DNA from: Octopus sinensis
Lineage: Eukaryota
Direction of reading: 5' to 3'
Assembly: GCF_006345805.1 (NCBI RefSeq)
Contig: NC_043001.1
Span: 63,364,001 to 63,428,000, forward strand
Length of the DNA stretch: 64,000 nt
A program made the translations under genes and the position numbers. Of the stretch, positions 63,032 through 64,000 are shown piece after piece (positions within the stretch are counted from its first letter, which is position 1; each line of letters starts with the position of its first letter). The notes beneath the pieces were generated by a model. It was not told the origin of the DNA and searched no databases. It saw only the letters and a program-made list of their open reading frames with translations.

Positions 63032-63300
63032 GCGAATCACTGGTAATAAATTATTCTAAATTTTTTACCCTTATGATTTACATAGTAAAACTTCCTAATT
63101 CTGAGGCTTATAGTACGAAGTTATTAAAAATTAATTATTTGTTACTGGCAAACAATTAATTGCGCACTTGATTTAAATCCATAATGTTATAAGGATGTAA
63201 CTTTTTCGGTACGTATTATTGCTATATAATTATTCTCTAAATGAAAACTTACTTTTTTTTCTTTCCGAGTAAAATACATTCGTAACTATATATATATATA

Positions 63301-63480
63301 CTTTATTTAAAGCAGCAGAAAATTCAACAAAACCTGTTACTCTGAGTTTCCCGTTGCCGTTCATCGGACAGTTTTTGGTAGAATGGAACCGATATGTCAA
63401 TTCTAAGAATTGACATAGAAACGGCAGCGGGAAACTCAGAGTAACAGGTTTTGTTGAATTTTCTGCTGCTTTAAATAAAG
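63301..63480 (-). mobile_element. Inverted-repeat element (61-62-bp near-perfect arms) with hammerhead-like motif
   Basis: 63301-63361 vs 63419-63480, one mismatch seen. Minus-strand CCGAUGA...CG GCAA CG G-GAAA-CUCAGAG-UA at 63329-63376; inner hairpin 63394-63416. Confidence 0.75.
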
Positions 63481-63554
63481 CATAATACTCTACCACTGGT
63501 ATTTGAGTACTCTTTTTCCACCTTGTTTCACATTTATGTATTTACTCCGGTGTA

Positions 63555-63619
63555 CATACATACATACATACATACATACATACATACATACTACATACAT
63601 ACATACATACATACATACA

Positions 63620-63653
<34 letters not shown>

Positions 63654-63800
63654 CATACATACATACATGCATGCATGTGTGCATGTATTCGTGCATGCAT
63701 GTATGCATACATACACACATACATACATATATATATATACATATATACATACATATATATATATCTTATATCTCTCTCTATATATATATATAGATAGATA
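63555..63800. repeat. (ATAC)n/(TA)n microsatellite
   Basis: Direct inspection. Confidence 0.95.
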
Positions 63801-64000
63801 GATACATTGTTACGGACGCAAGGAAAATGTAAGCGAACAAAAAAAAACAATATGCCCCTTGTTCCATTAATTGGAATCGAACCGGCGCTCCAGTTGTTCA
63901 GGACAATGGTATTTCCTTTGTCCTTTCAAAGAGCACGATTATTAATGGCCCCATGCAGTGATCTATGGCCCCCACACGGTCACGGGACATGTGGTAAGGG

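Noticed and set aside
63808-64000. TGTTACGG start of a possible LTR at the window end
   Set aside because: Only about 190 nt are visible, with no second LTR, PBS or coding sequence to support it.
1-64000. Prokaryotic operon, phage or horizontally acquired defence system
   Set aside because: All long ORFs are explained by eukaryotic TEs or spliced exons, and no gene-dense intron-free segment exists.

Overview
AT-rich, microsatellite-dense animal genomic DNA, most likely a coleoid cephalopod (Octopus-like). That is inferred from repeat families I recognise, not from a search. The + strand carries the last 11 coding exons (24661-55422, about 668 aa) of a myotubularin-related pseudophosphatase of the SBF1/SBF2 (MTMR5/MTMR13) type: inactive phosphatase domain, then a C1 zinc finger, then a PH domain and stop. 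All introns are GT-AG and the reading frame is continuous. The upstream exons were not identified with confidence. The rest is mostly transposable element: a near-full-length frameshifted CR1-group LINE, Penelope-like elements (PLE), a decayed Ty3/Gypsy provirus, mariner, hAT and piggyBac-type DNA elements, a Helitron/Helentron-type composite with a 165-bp tandem array, RTE fragments and tRNA-derived SINEs. The most interesting pattern is a recurrent architecture of short non-coding head-to-head inverted-repeat elements carrying minimal hammerhead ribozyme motifs. One motif is fully canonical (6379-6461) and several are variant or decayed. They share their layout with a young coding PLE at 34840-36888, which suggests a non-autonomous PLE-mobilised ribozyme-bearing family. 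Other candidates are a LINE-SINE pair sharing a 3' stem-loop with compensatory changes, a Myb/SANT-like plus CCCH LINE ORF1, a SINE copy with an ADAR-like A-to-G excess, and a stop-containing cassette exon candidate. All alignments and folds were done by eye, and repeat boundaries are approximate unless a TSD or TIR is quoted.
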